A DNA stretch of 20,000 nt from an uncultured virus (IMG/VR IMGVR_UViG_3300036546_000271) (Duplodnaviria; Heunggongvirae; Uroviricota; Caudoviricetes). The position numbers and the translations under genes were made by a program. Positions 8,619 through 16,443 of the stretch are shown here, in pieces (position 1 is the stretch's first letter; each line of letters starts with the position of its first letter). The stretch lies in the IMG/VR virus record IMGVR_UViG_3300036546_000271; one strand, given 5' to 3'. The notes under the pieces are model-generated. The model had not been told where the DNA came from. It saw only the letters and a program-made list of their open reading frames with translations, and did not search any database.

Positions 8619-8879
8619 ATGAAAAAGAAAATGGAGTTTTCTAAAATCTTAGCGATAATTATAACCATACTGTTTGTAGTAAGTATAATTTTTGTATTTG
8701 CAGTGTGGTATTTTGAAAACAGGCTTGGAACAGAAATTCTTTCTTATGTTGCAATGCCTTTTGGCGTTGTTATAAGCGGGTATTTTGCAAAGGCGGGCTT
8801 TGAGAACCATAGAAAAATCAATAATGCAGGCAAAGAAATCGTAAAGTTTAATAATGAGGAGGAATATTATAATGGATAA
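8619..8879 (+). CDS. Small two-TM membrane protein (holin-like)
   Basis: 'MEFSKIL' followed by two hydrophobic helices and 'GYFAKAGFEN'. In the lysis cassette. Start could be 8613. Confidence 0.6.
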   Translation: MKKKMEFSKILAIIITILFVVSIIFVFAVWYFENRLGTEILSYVAMPFGVVISGYFAKAGFENHRKINNAGKEIVKFNNEEEYYNG

Positions 8880-9192
8880 TAATGCTGTAATAGAAATTGG
8901 GACTATCATAATCGCTCTTATAGGTGCGGTTATAACGTATATAGTTACACCATACATCAAAAGCAAGACCACCGCAGAGCAATACAAAAATATAGAGTTT
9001 TGGGTTAGGTTTGCAGTTAAAGCTGCAGAACAAATATTCAACCAGCCAGGTATGGGAAATAAAAAGAAACAATATGTCATTGACTTTTTAACCAGCAAAG
9101 GCATAAACATAACACTTGATGAGTTGAATGTATTGATTGAAGCTGCAGTCCAAGAACTGAATTTAGAAAAAAGAGATTTGACCAGGGAATAA
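8872..9192 (+). CDS. Phage holin, LL-H family-like
   Basis: N-terminal TM helix, 'AVKAAEQIF..G.G.KKKQYV' and 'LIEAAVQEL'. GAGGAGG RBS before ATG 8872. Confidence 0.82.
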   Translation: MDNNAVIEIGTIIIALIGAVITYIVTPYIKSKTTAEQYKNIEFWVRFAVKAAEQIFNQPGMGNKKKQYVIDFLTSKGINITLDELNVLIEAAVQELNLEKRDLTRE

Positions 9193-9207
9193 TCCCTGGT
9201 CTTTTTT
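9180..9207 (+). terminator. Rho-independent terminator of late/lysis operon
   Basis: GACCAGGGA-ATAA-TCCCTGGTC perfect 9-bp stem followed by T6. Confidence 0.88.
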
Positions 9208-9221
9208 AATTTAAAGAATTT

Positions 9222-9268
9222 TGATATAATAATTTGATATAATAAATAATACAAAATTTAAGGAGGAG
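9222..9268 (+). promoter_or_regulatory. Tandem extended -10 promoters and RBS for the miaB 5' fragment
   Basis: TGATATAAT at 9222-9230 and 9235-9243 (TGn-TATAAT), then AAGGAGGAG upstream of ATG 9274. Confidence 0.7.
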
Positions 9269-9273
9269 AATAA

Positions 9274-9426
9274 ATGAGCAAAAGGAAGGAAATAAATGTA
9301 TCTAAAAACGAACTAGCTAAGCAGCAAATTTATATAGATAAAATAAGAAAGATGAACGACGAATACTACAAAAGAACAGGCAAGAGGAAAAAACATCTCA
9401 CTCTAACGTTCGGTTGTCAGATGAAC
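9274..9426 (+). pseudogene. miaB: Phage-borne 5' fragment of tRNA methylthiotransferase MiaB (51 codons; ORF runs on to 9510 in unrelated sequence)
   Basis: Ends in 'LTFGCQMN', the N-terminal Fe-S Cys motif characteristic of MiaB. The expected continuation (xxDSE) is absent, and the frame runs antisense into the integrase 3' end. Confidence 0.8.
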
Positions 9427-9443
9427 TCACTGAGATGTATTTT
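9388..9443. other. Putative attP site of the serine integrase
   Basis: Inverted repeat AAAAAACATCTCA (9388-9400) / TGAGATGTATTTT (9431-9443), 12/13 match, centred on TG at 9415-9416, 16 bp from the integrase stop. Confidence 0.72.
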
Positions 9444-9459
9444 TATTTCCCAACTTTCA

Positions 9460-11175
9460 TCACTTTCTATAAACAAACCTATGGGTAATTCCATTCACAA
9501 ACTCAATTGACGATATGCGTCTATCCTCCTCTATAGTTATGTTTTTGATAACACACCTCATGAAATCCTGGAGCAACTCTTTGTCTACCATTTTTACAAT
9601 TTTGTTGTAGTTAATAGGTTTATTTGTGGCAAGGTTTTGAGCAATAAGATACTGAGTTGCTTTTTTTATAAAACTCAAATCATGACCTGGAAGGCTCTTT
9701 GCATATTCCTGGGTCCTTTTTTTAATTTTTGTATTTATACTATTTATCCTTTTTTCTATATCTTGCTTTTTTATTAAGTAATTTTTTTCTGACATACCTT
9801 CATCGCTGAACAGATATAAATCTTCTAATCTTTTCAAAGCTCTTTCAAACTTCTTCTTTTGAGATTTTAAAGACTCAAGCTCTGTGTCTTTTTCAATGCT
9901 CTTAATTTCATCTTTCTGGTCAAACAATATATTACCAGTACTTTTTAATAAAATATCGTATGTGGTTTTTAAATCCTGCGGAATAATTCCAGCAACATTT
10001 TTAAATGCCGGACCTTTTAACAAAATCCTCTCAACTTCTTTTTCTGTGCCTTTCGTTCCATAAGTATTGATAAAATTATTTGCTTTTACTAGGTTGGCGA
10101 TATAATTGATAATAAATGGTCCAAGCTTAACCTCTCCAATGCTCCCGCTGCATGTCCTATATTTCTTTTTGTTATGAACGTAATTATAACACCTATACAC
10201 AGATGGTCTGTATCCATCAGATCTAGGACGGTCAACAGTGGCTATATAATTTTTATTACATTTGCCACAAGTTATTAATCCCTTGAAAACATGTGTATGG
10301 TTTTTTAGAGTTCTATCAGATCCTCTGCCATGTGCATTGGAATCCATTATAGCGTTGCATTTTTCATACTGAACTTTTGAAATAATAGCGGGATGATTGT
10401 CTTCGACCACAACCCATTCTTCCTCAGGACGAATTTTTCCATGTGGACTATATCTGTAGTTGTATCTATAGGTTCCTATATAAAATGGATTCCTAATTAC
10501 ATCAGCTATAGTTTTTGTGGTCCAATGTCCATTCCTTTTGGTGCGTATTCCACGCTCCTCTAAAAGATGTTTCACTTCTCCTGTAGATCTAGTTTTTTCA
10601 TACGAATCAAAAATAAAACGAACTGTTTCGGCCTCTTTTTCATTGATTACAGGAAACTTTGTTTCTTCATCAAAATCATATCCAAGAGGAACTGGAGCTC
10701 CGTTCCATAAACCTTTCTCTGCTCTAGATAGCATTATAGAGTAGACTCTCTCTGCAGCTAACTTCCTTTCAAGTTCTGCGAATACTAGGATTATCTTAAG
10801 CATTGCCTCTCCCATAGCAGTGGATGTGTCAAATTGTTCATTTTTGGATATAAAAGTAATATTATGCTTTTTTAGCTCCTCATACATTTCAGTGAAGTCT
10901 TTTAAATTTCTTGATATACGATCTATTTTCCAGACCAAGAGATGGGTAAATTCTCCATCTCTTATCCTTTTCATCATTTCCTGGAATTTTGGACGATCTG
11001 TGTTTTTACCACTATAACCAGCATCTTCAAACACTTCATAGTTATCTATGCCTAACAAGTATTTAGAGTAATTGATGAGCTCCTTCCTTTGGAAGGGAAG
11101 GGAATCTTTATCCACTTGATGATGGGTTGACACTCTTATGTATAAAGCTGCTTTGTTTTCTGTGTTTTTATCCAT
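9460..11175 (-). CDS. Large serine recombinase (phage integrase)
   Basis: 'ALYIRVST' catalytic Ser, '[12 protein letters not shown]', 'KIDRISRN', recombinase domain 'NPFYIG', zinc ribbon 'CGKC...YRC...C' and a coiled coil. Confidence 0.96.
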   Translation of the reverse strand: MDKNTENKAALYIRVSTHHQVDKDSLPFQRKELINYSKYLLGIDNYEVFEDAGYSGKNTDRPKFQEMMKRIRDGEFTHLLVWKIDRISRNLKDFTEMYEELKKHNITFISKNEQFDTSTAMGEAMLKIILVFAELERKLAAERVYSIMLSRAEKGLWNGAPVPLGYDFDEETKFPVINEKEAETVRFIFDSYEKTRSTGEVKHLLEERGIRTKRNGHWTTKTIADVIRNPFYIGTYRYNYRYSPHGKIRPEEEWVVVEDNHPAIISKVQYEKCNAIMDSNAHGRGSDRTLKNHTHVFKGLITCGKCNKNYIATVDRPRSDGYRPSVYRCYNYVHNKKKYRTCSGSIGEVKLGPFIINYIANLVKANNFINTYGTKGTEKEVERILLKGPAFKNVAGIIPQDLKTTYDILLKSTGNILFDQKDEIKSIEKDTELESLKSQKKKFERALKRLEDLYLFSDEGMSEKNYLIKKQDIEKRINSINTKIKKRTQEYAKSLPGHDLSFIKKATQYLIAQNLATNKPINYNKIVKMVDKELLQDFMRCVIKNITIEEDRRISSIEFVNGITHRFVYRK

Positions 11176-11203
11176 ATTACAAGACCCCCTTTGTTTTATT
11201 TAA

Positions 11204-11695
11204 TTACCACGAAATATTCTTAGCTTCTTTAACTTTAGCTCCATCAACAATTGTGTGTTCTGGCGAAGACCCAACAACTACAAGCAAGTTATAATAATCA
11301 TACAATTCTCCTAAATAGTCATTTTTAGGTGGCTCAAGCTCATCTCCATCATTATAAAAAGCAACACCAGATGATAAAGCTCTTACAAAGCTATCCGCTA
11401 ATTCTCTAGCTGTTTCTTCGTTTATTGAAGCTCCAACTTGTATAGCCATAGATATCGTCTTATCTTCTTTATTTACTTCAACATGTGCATCTTTAACTTC
11501 ATCATAGCCCAATATTATGTCATAAGCGTGTTTCATTGCCGCATCTGATATTTCCGGTAATTGCACATTTTCTTCTGTAACAGTTTTATCTGTTGGCTGA
11601 CCTTCATTTTTTTTCTCATCTGGTCCCCCAATAAAAAGCGATAAAACAATTAGAAAAGCGGTGACACCTAATAATATTTTTAATACTTTTTTCAT
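11204..11695 (-). CDS. Membrane-anchored/exported protein (candidate superinfection-exclusion or lysogenic conversion protein)
   Basis: Start MKKVLKILLGVTAFLIVLSLFIGG at 11695 with GGGGG RBS, N-terminal TM helix then an acidic domain. Sits between repressor and integrase. Function inferred from position only. Confidence 0.65.
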   Translation of the reverse strand: MKKVLKILLGVTAFLIVLSLFIGGPDEKKNEGQPTDKTVTEENVQLPEISDAAMKHAYDIILGYDEVKDAHVEVNKEDKTISMAIQVGASINEETARELADSFVRALSSGVAFYNDGDELEPPKNDYLGELYDYYNLLVVVGSSPEHTIVDGAKVKEAKNISW

Positions 11696-11730
11696 TTTTA
11701 AATATCCCCCTTTTAAAATATTTTTTAAAA

Positions 11731-11930
11731 ATTTGCGTCGGTTTAGCAGACACAAACCCTAATTTGTGTCGGTTTAACAGATACTATTGCGTCGGTTTAA
11801 CAGAATCAAATCAATTCACTGTGTCGGTTTAAACGAGGCAAAATATTTTGCACTATCGGTTTAACAGACACAAAACACCATTTGCGTCGGTTTAGCAGAC
11901 ACAAACCCTAATTTGTGTCGGTTTAACAGA
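11731..11930. repeat. Iteron-like array of seven ~17-bp direct repeats (consensus TGYGTCGGTTTARCAGA)
   Basis: Core TCGGTTTA starts at 11738, 11769, 11792, 11824, 11856, 11887 and 11918. The 51-bp block 11731-11781 is repeated exactly at 11880-11930. Confidence 0.9.
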
Positions 11931-12027
11931 ACATATATTATCTATCTTATCTATTATATATATTAATAATAAATAGATAGATATGATATGTATTAATAAG
12001 AATAACAAAAAGATTTAAGATTTAAAA

Positions 12028-12660
12028 TTAAACTTTAAATTTAACATGAATGACTTTGCCAATAATTTGTACATAGCCAGATTCAACATCGCTAGACTTA
12101 AAAACCATAGGTTTATATTTAGGGTTTTCTGGTTGAAGAATGACAGAGTCATTAGTTTTTAATACTCTTTTTAGAGTAGCTTCATCTCCATTCACTAAAA
12201 CAACAGCAATTTCGCCATTATCCACATCAGATTGCTTTCTAACATAAACAAGATCGCCGTCATAAATTCTAGCACCTATCATACTATCTCCATTAACTCT
12301 TAAATAGAAGAATTCACCGTTTTGAGCTTCTGATACATCGACATACTCATAGCCTTCAATATTCTCAGCAGCAAATATAGGTTCTCCAGCTTTGATCACT
12401 CCTAGAATTGGGATAGAAATAGTATCGTTCAGCTCAATAATATCCTTCAAATCTTCGTTCCTTTTATTTGTTTTACCAATAAGGTAATCAATAGAAACAC
12501 CGAAGAAATCTGACAATGCTCTTAAAGTCTTTATGTCTGGTTCTCTTTCTTTGAGTTCGTACTTAGATATAGTAGTATTTCTTACGTTTAATATTTTTGC
12601 TAAATCCTTTTGAGTCAAACCTTTTTCAGTTCTTAATAATTTTAGCCTTTTAGAAAACAT
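12028..12660 (-). CDS. CI-like repressor (XRE HTH plus S24 LexA-type autopeptidase)
   Basis: 'RLKLLRTEKGLTQKDLA...ISKYE...REP' HTH, Ala-Gly cleavage site 'IKAGEP', catalytic 'GDSM' and 'ATLKR'. Confidence 0.93.
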   Translation of the reverse strand: MFSKRLKLLRTEKGLTQKDLAKILNVRNTTISKYELKEREPDIKTLRALSDFFGVSIDYLIGKTNKRNEDLKDIIELNDTISIPILGVIKAGEPIFAAENIEGYEYVDVSEAQNGEFFYLRVNGDSMIGARIYDGDLVYVRKQSDVDNGEIAVVLVNGDEATLKRVLKTNDSVILQPENPKYKPMVFKSSDVESGYVQIIGKVIHVKFKV

Positions 12661-12684
12661 AATTTTCCACCTCCTTTTATTTAA

Positions 12685-12713
12685 ATTTTATATTTCCCAT
12701 ATCGGGAAATCAA
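12685..12713 (-). promoter_or_regulatory. Leftward (lysogenic) sigmaA-type promoter
   Basis: Minus strand TTGATT-N17-TAAAAT, with an operator palindrome across the spacer. Confidence 0.7.
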
Positions 12714-12809
12714 GAAAATAAATTATTATCCCCAAAAAGGGAATTTAGACTTGACTTTCCCATAACGGGGATATATAATTATTACAAAGACGTTCCCCAT
12801 AACGGGGAT
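12692..12809. promoter_or_regulatory. Four repressor operators, consensus WTYCCC-N5-GGGRAT
   Basis: Sites at 12692-12710, 12728-12744, 12756-12772 and 12793-12809. A fifth lies at 13019-13035. Confidence 0.82.
12751..12779 (+). promoter_or_regulatory. Rightward (lytic) sigmaA-type promoter
   Basis: TTGACT-N17-TATAAT, with an operator in the spacer. Confidence 0.85.
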
Positions 12810-12823
12810 ATGGAGGTGATCAA

Positions 12824-13042
12824 ATGTATGAGCGTCTAAGAGAATTAAGAACAAATAACGGCTATACACTACAGCAAATGTCAAATCTTCTAGGATACTC
12901 TTCTCCAAACGCATACGCAAGAAAAGAAAAAGGAGAGAGAAGATTTACTATCGAAGAGGCTATGAAAATATCGAAACTTTTTAAAAAGCCAATTGAAGAA
13001 ATTTTTTTTGAAGATGAAATCCCCAATAAGGGGACTGATTAG
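12824..13042 (+). CDS. Cro-like XRE HTH regulator
   Basis: 'RLRELRTNNGYTLQQMSNLLG..YARKEKGERRFTIEEA..IEEIFF'. Divergent from CI, GGAGG RBS. Confidence 0.9.
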   Translation: MYERLRELRTNNGYTLQQMSNLLGYSSPNAYARKEKGERRFTIEEAMKISKLFKKPIEEIFFEDEIPNKGTD

Positions 13043-13142
13043 ACAATCAACTTAATAAAAGGGGACAAGTTAATTATCTCATATATAAATACCACAAAAA
13101 AAGATGTAATTTATGGAAATGTTGGAAGGGAGGTGAGATGCA

Positions 13143-13328
13143 ATGGACAGATACAAAAGAGCTCTTAAGTATTTAATAACCAATAACTGTACAAGCCTAC
13201 AAGAACCATGCGAAAAGTTCTTTGAGGATTATCCAGGAGAAAAACTCAATGAGATTATAGAGAGACTCACATTTGAAGAAGGATTAGAACCTAGCGAATT
13301 TTTATACCACCTAGGGTATGTAAAGTAA
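13143..13328 (+). CDS. Hypothetical early protein
   Basis: 61-aa ORF with GGAGGTG RBS. Confidence 0.65.
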   Translation: MDRYKRALKYLITNNCTSLQEPCEKFFEDYPGEKLNEIIERLTFEEGLEPSEFLYHLGYVK

Positions 13329-13365
13329 AATCCAATAGATATTTAAAAGAAGGGGGAACGATAAA

Positions 13366-13509
13366 TTGGATAAAGTTCAAAAACTAAAAGATTACATGGA
13401 AAAAGAGTTTGGCATCACTCCTCAAAATATAGATGAAAAACTAGAAGAATTGAAAAAGAGTTTATTTGAAAGGGGGCTAGTAAGAAATGAAAAATGTGAA
13501 GGGATTTAA
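13366..13509 (+). CDS. Small hypothetical protein (47 aa; not in ORF track)
   Basis: TTG start after AAGGGG RBS, reading MDKVQKLKDYMEKEFGITPQNIDEKLEELKK.... Fills the gap between early genes. Confidence 0.5.
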   Translation: MDKVQKLKDYMEKEFGITPQNIDEKLEELKKSLFERGLVRNEKCEGI

Positions 13510-13693
13510 CAAATTGACTCCTGACCAGCAAGAACTTCTTATCAAAACAAATAAAAGGCATAAAGCTGGAGTAGGATCTGACTACAAAGATGACTGGACA
13601 CCTGTTAGTGTAAAGCCGCTAGGAAGAAATCTAAAAGTAGTATTCAAAAATGGAGAATGGCTCCACTACACACCAGAAGGAACTTGGTATTAA
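13487..13693 (+). CDS. Hypothetical early protein
   Basis: 68-aa ORF, AGGGGG RBS. Confidence 0.65.
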   Translation: MKNVKGFNKLTPDQQELLIKTNKRHKAGVGSDYKDDWTPVSVKPLGRNLKVVFKNGEWLHYTPEGTWY

Positions 13694-13719
13694 CCTACAA
13701 AAAAAGGGGGGCGAACAAA

Positions 13720-13971
13720 ATGAAAAAAAGATACATCACATTGATAATCATAGGGATAATCTTAACAGAAATGGCTCATAAAATCGCAACAGCACAAAGA
13801 GGTTATGATGCCATAGGAGGAGAGATTTTTATGCTACCATTACTCCTTTTTATGGGACTAGCAGTAGATGAAGGAAAAGCGATGATTGAGGAAATAAAAG
13901 AAACATTCAAAGAAGGGGATGACGGGAAATGGAAACAAAAAGAAAGAGCCTCCAGCACAACGAGGTGCTAA
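13720..13971 (+). CDS. Hypothetical membrane protein
   Basis: Likely start MKKRYITLIIIGIIL after AGGGGG. 'RGYDAIGGE' lies between two hydrophobic stretches. Confidence 0.65.
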   Translation: MKKRYITLIIIGIILTEMAHKIATAQRGYDAIGGEIFMLPLLLFMGLAVDEGKAMIEEIKETFKEGDDGKWKQKERASSTTRC

Positions 13972-14255
13972 AGGCTACAAATCAAAACGTTGATACAGCC
14001 ATTATATCACAAATGGCTGTAAATGAAAAGCTTGACATAATCAAAGAGACGGAAACCATCTTAGGATATAAAGTGGACAAGCATAGGTACCAAAAAGCTT
14101 ATGAGTACGCATTACATAAGCTAGGATGGCAAAGCAAGTTATATGGATGCAAATACAATAAAAGATACTTAGCGATAGTTACAGCAGAAACCTATGAACA
14201 GCAAATATTTCAAGATTATATAAATTCAACTTCAATGAGGAGGTTAAGAGCATGA
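13929..14255 (+). CDS. Hypothetical early protein
   Basis: 108-aa ORF coupled (ATGA) to the ATPase gene. Confidence 0.6.
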   Translation: METKRKSLQHNEVLKATNQNVDTAIISQMAVNEKLDIIKETETILGYKVDKHRYQKAYEYALHKLGWQSKLYGCKYNKRYLAIVTAETYEQQIFQDYINSTSMRRLRA

Positions 14256-16204
14256 GATTTATATTAGAAAAATTGAAAATCAGAAATTTTAAAGGGATTA
14301 GAGAACAAGATATAGATTTTAGCCCAGTTTCCACAACAATCTGCGGAGAAAACGCAACAGGGAAAACCACAGTAGTAGACGCATTCACATGGCTGCTATT
14401 TGAGAAAGACAGCAAAGGAAGAACGCAGTTCGAAATCAAGACACTAGAAGATGGAGAGCCACTACACGGATTAGATCACTTGGTAGAAGGGATATTTAAG
14501 ATTGACGGAAGGCAACTAAAGTTAAAGAAAATATACAGAGAAAAGTGGACCAAAAGAAGAGGAGATGACCAAGAAGTATTTACAGGCCACGAGATTGAAA
14601 GGTTTGTAAATGACATACCATGTAAGAAAAGCGAATACGAAAAGAAAATAGGACAGTTGATAGACGAAAAGATATTCCAGTTACTGACTGACCCACTATA
14701 CTTCTCACAACAGCTAAACTGGAAGGAAAGACGAGCAACATTATTTGCACTAACTGGAGAGGAAATATCAAAAGAACACATATTCCAAGCTAACCCAGAA
14801 TTAAAAAATATAGAAGATGACCTAAAGGACAAAACCATAGAAGAGCTTAAGAAATCTTTAAGCTATCAAAGAAGAGAGCTTAACAAAAAACGCGAGAATA
14901 TACCGGTTAAAATAGAAACTCTGAATAGCACTATAAAGGACATAGACAAAACAGCACTAGACATAAGACTACGAAGCATAAAGGGTGGAATAAGCAAAAT
15001 AGAAGAACAAATGTTAGATATAACCAAGTTAAACGACGAGCAGCTAAGAAAACAGGATGATATGTATAAACTAAAAAGCAAGCTAAGAGAGATAGAATAT
15101 GAAATCAAAAACAACATAAAGGATCCGGATGAAGAAATTAAAAATCAAATTAGAGAATACAAAAATAGATTAAGAGAACTCGAAATAGAAGAAAATGGAG
15201 AAAAAAGAAGAGTTGCAAACCTTGAAAAAAATATAGAAAGAGGAGAAAGAACACTAGAAAGGCTAAGAAATGACTACAAGCGAGAAGCAGAAAAGCAGCT
15301 ATCGATAGATGAGAATATCAAAGTATGCCCAACATGCAAGAGACCATTTCCGGAAGAGGAAATTGAAAGTAAAGTAGCAGAGCTTGAAGCAAACTTTAAA
15401 GAAAATCAAGTAAAGGAATTAAAACGATTAAGAGAAGAAGGGCAGTCCATGGCCAAGGAAGTTAAAGAATACAAAGAAGAGCTCGAACAGACAACAAACA
15501 AGCTCCAAGAGATACAAAAGGAATCACAAACCTTAAGAGAGCTAATAGAAGATCGAGAGGCTATGATTGGTTCCAATCCTAAAACAGACATAGAGACTTT
15601 ACTAAAAGAAAATAAAGAGTACCAGGAAACTAAAACTAGAATTAAAAAGCTTGAGTCAGATATACAAAACCAGGACCATGAATCAGTATTAAAGGAGCTC
15701 AAGAAGAAAAAGACTGAACTAGAACTAGAGCTAAGGGAAACTGAGAAACAACTTCACCAAGAAGAAATAAACGAAGAAACTAAAGCAAAAATTAAAGAGT
15801 TAATTCGAGAAGAAAAAGAACTCTCACATGAGATAAATAACATAGAGCGAAAAGAAAGTTTAGCAGATAAATATATAGCAACTAGAGCTGAACTGATAGA
15901 AAAAAGCATAAATCAAAAGTTCGGTAAAGTGTCGTTTAGGCTCTTCAAAGAGCAAGTAAATGGAGGACTGGATGAAACCTGCGATGTCCTAGTCGATGGA
16001 GTGCCATTCGATAATGCCAACACAGCTGGCCAAGTAAATGCAGGACTAGATGTAATCAACAGCCTATGCAGACACTACGACACATACACACCAATCTTTA
16101 TAGATAACAGAGAGAGCATAAATGAACTGATAGAAACAGACTCACAGATAATCAACCTAAAAGTGACTAGACATAAAAACTTAAGAGTAGAGGTTGATAG
16201 CTAA
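14252..16204 (+). CDS. SMC/Rad50-like AAA ATPase
   Basis: 'LKIRNFKG', Walker A 'GENATGKTT', long coiled coils with central 'CPTC' hook, Walker B-like 'PIFIDNRES'. Confidence 0.88.
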   Translation: MRFILEKLKIRNFKGIREQDIDFSPVSTTICGENATGKTTVVDAFTWLLFEKDSKGRTQFEIKTLEDGEPLHGLDHLVEGIFKIDGRQLKLKKIYREKWTKRRGDDQEVFTGHEIERFVNDIPCKKSEYEKKIGQLIDEKIFQLLTDPLYFSQQLNWKERRATLFALTGEEISKEHIFQANPELKNIEDDLKDKTIEELKKSLSYQRRELNKKRENIPVKIETLNSTIKDIDKTALDIRLRSIKGGISKIEEQMLDITKLNDEQLRKQDDMYKLKSKLREIEYEIKNNIKDPDEEIKNQIREYKNRLRELEIEENGEKRRVANLEKNIERGERTLERLRNDYKREAEKQLSIDENIKVCPTCKRPFPEEEIESKVAELEANFKENQVKELKRLREEGQSMAKEVKEYKEELEQTTNKLQEIQKESQTLRELIEDREAMIGSNPKTDIETLLKENKEYQETKTRIKKLESDIQNQDHESVLKELKKKKTELELELRETEKQLHQEEINEETKAKIKELIREEKELSHEINNIERKESLADKYIATRAELIEKSINQKFGKVSFRLFKEQVNGGLDETCDVLVDGVPFDNANTAGQVNAGLDVINSLCRHYDTYTPIFIDNRESINELIETDSQIINLKVTRHKNLRVEVDS

Positions 16205-16222
16205 AAGGGGGCCTATATAAAA

Positions 16223-16423
16223 GTGGAAACTAACATAACCACTGAGGATATCTTGCATTACATTGAAGAAGCTAGAAATGAGATGGAATCGGCTATAAAT
16301 AGATTTAATAATGCTACTACTGAACCAGAAATTGATATAGCCATATACTCAATGATAGCTGCAGAAAAGAAAATAAACATGCTATACAAAGCAGCTAAGG
16401 AAATCATAGGGTGGGCTAAATAA
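16223..16423 (+). CDS. YaaL/DUF2508-like small protein
   Basis: 'IEEARNEMESAINRFNNATTEPEIDIAIYSMIAAEKKINMLYKAAK' resembles the DUF2508 pattern (recalled, not searched). Confidence 0.6.
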   Translation: METNITTEDILHYIEEARNEMESAINRFNNATTEPEIDIAIYSMIAAEKKINMLYKAAKEIIGWAK

Positions 16424-16443
16424 ATAGCAAAGGAGAATGGAAA

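Noticed and set aside
9274..9510. Novel intact 78-aa protein
   Set aside because: Chimeric: a MiaB-like N-terminus followed by read-through across the att site, antisense to the integrase end.
11696..11755. N-terminal extension of the membrane protein given in the ORF track
   Set aside because: It starts inside the repeat array. The RBS and signal-anchor support ATG at 11695.
11731..11930. CRISPR or mini-CRISPR array
   Set aside because: Repeats are only ~17 bp and degenerate, spacers are 6-15 bp and one is duplicated, and there are no cas genes in the window.
14252..16204. Host SbcC/SMC or a defence ATPase
   Set aside because: Embedded in the phage early operon with bet and an MBL nuclease, a common phage recombination module. 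No SbcD or defence partners present.
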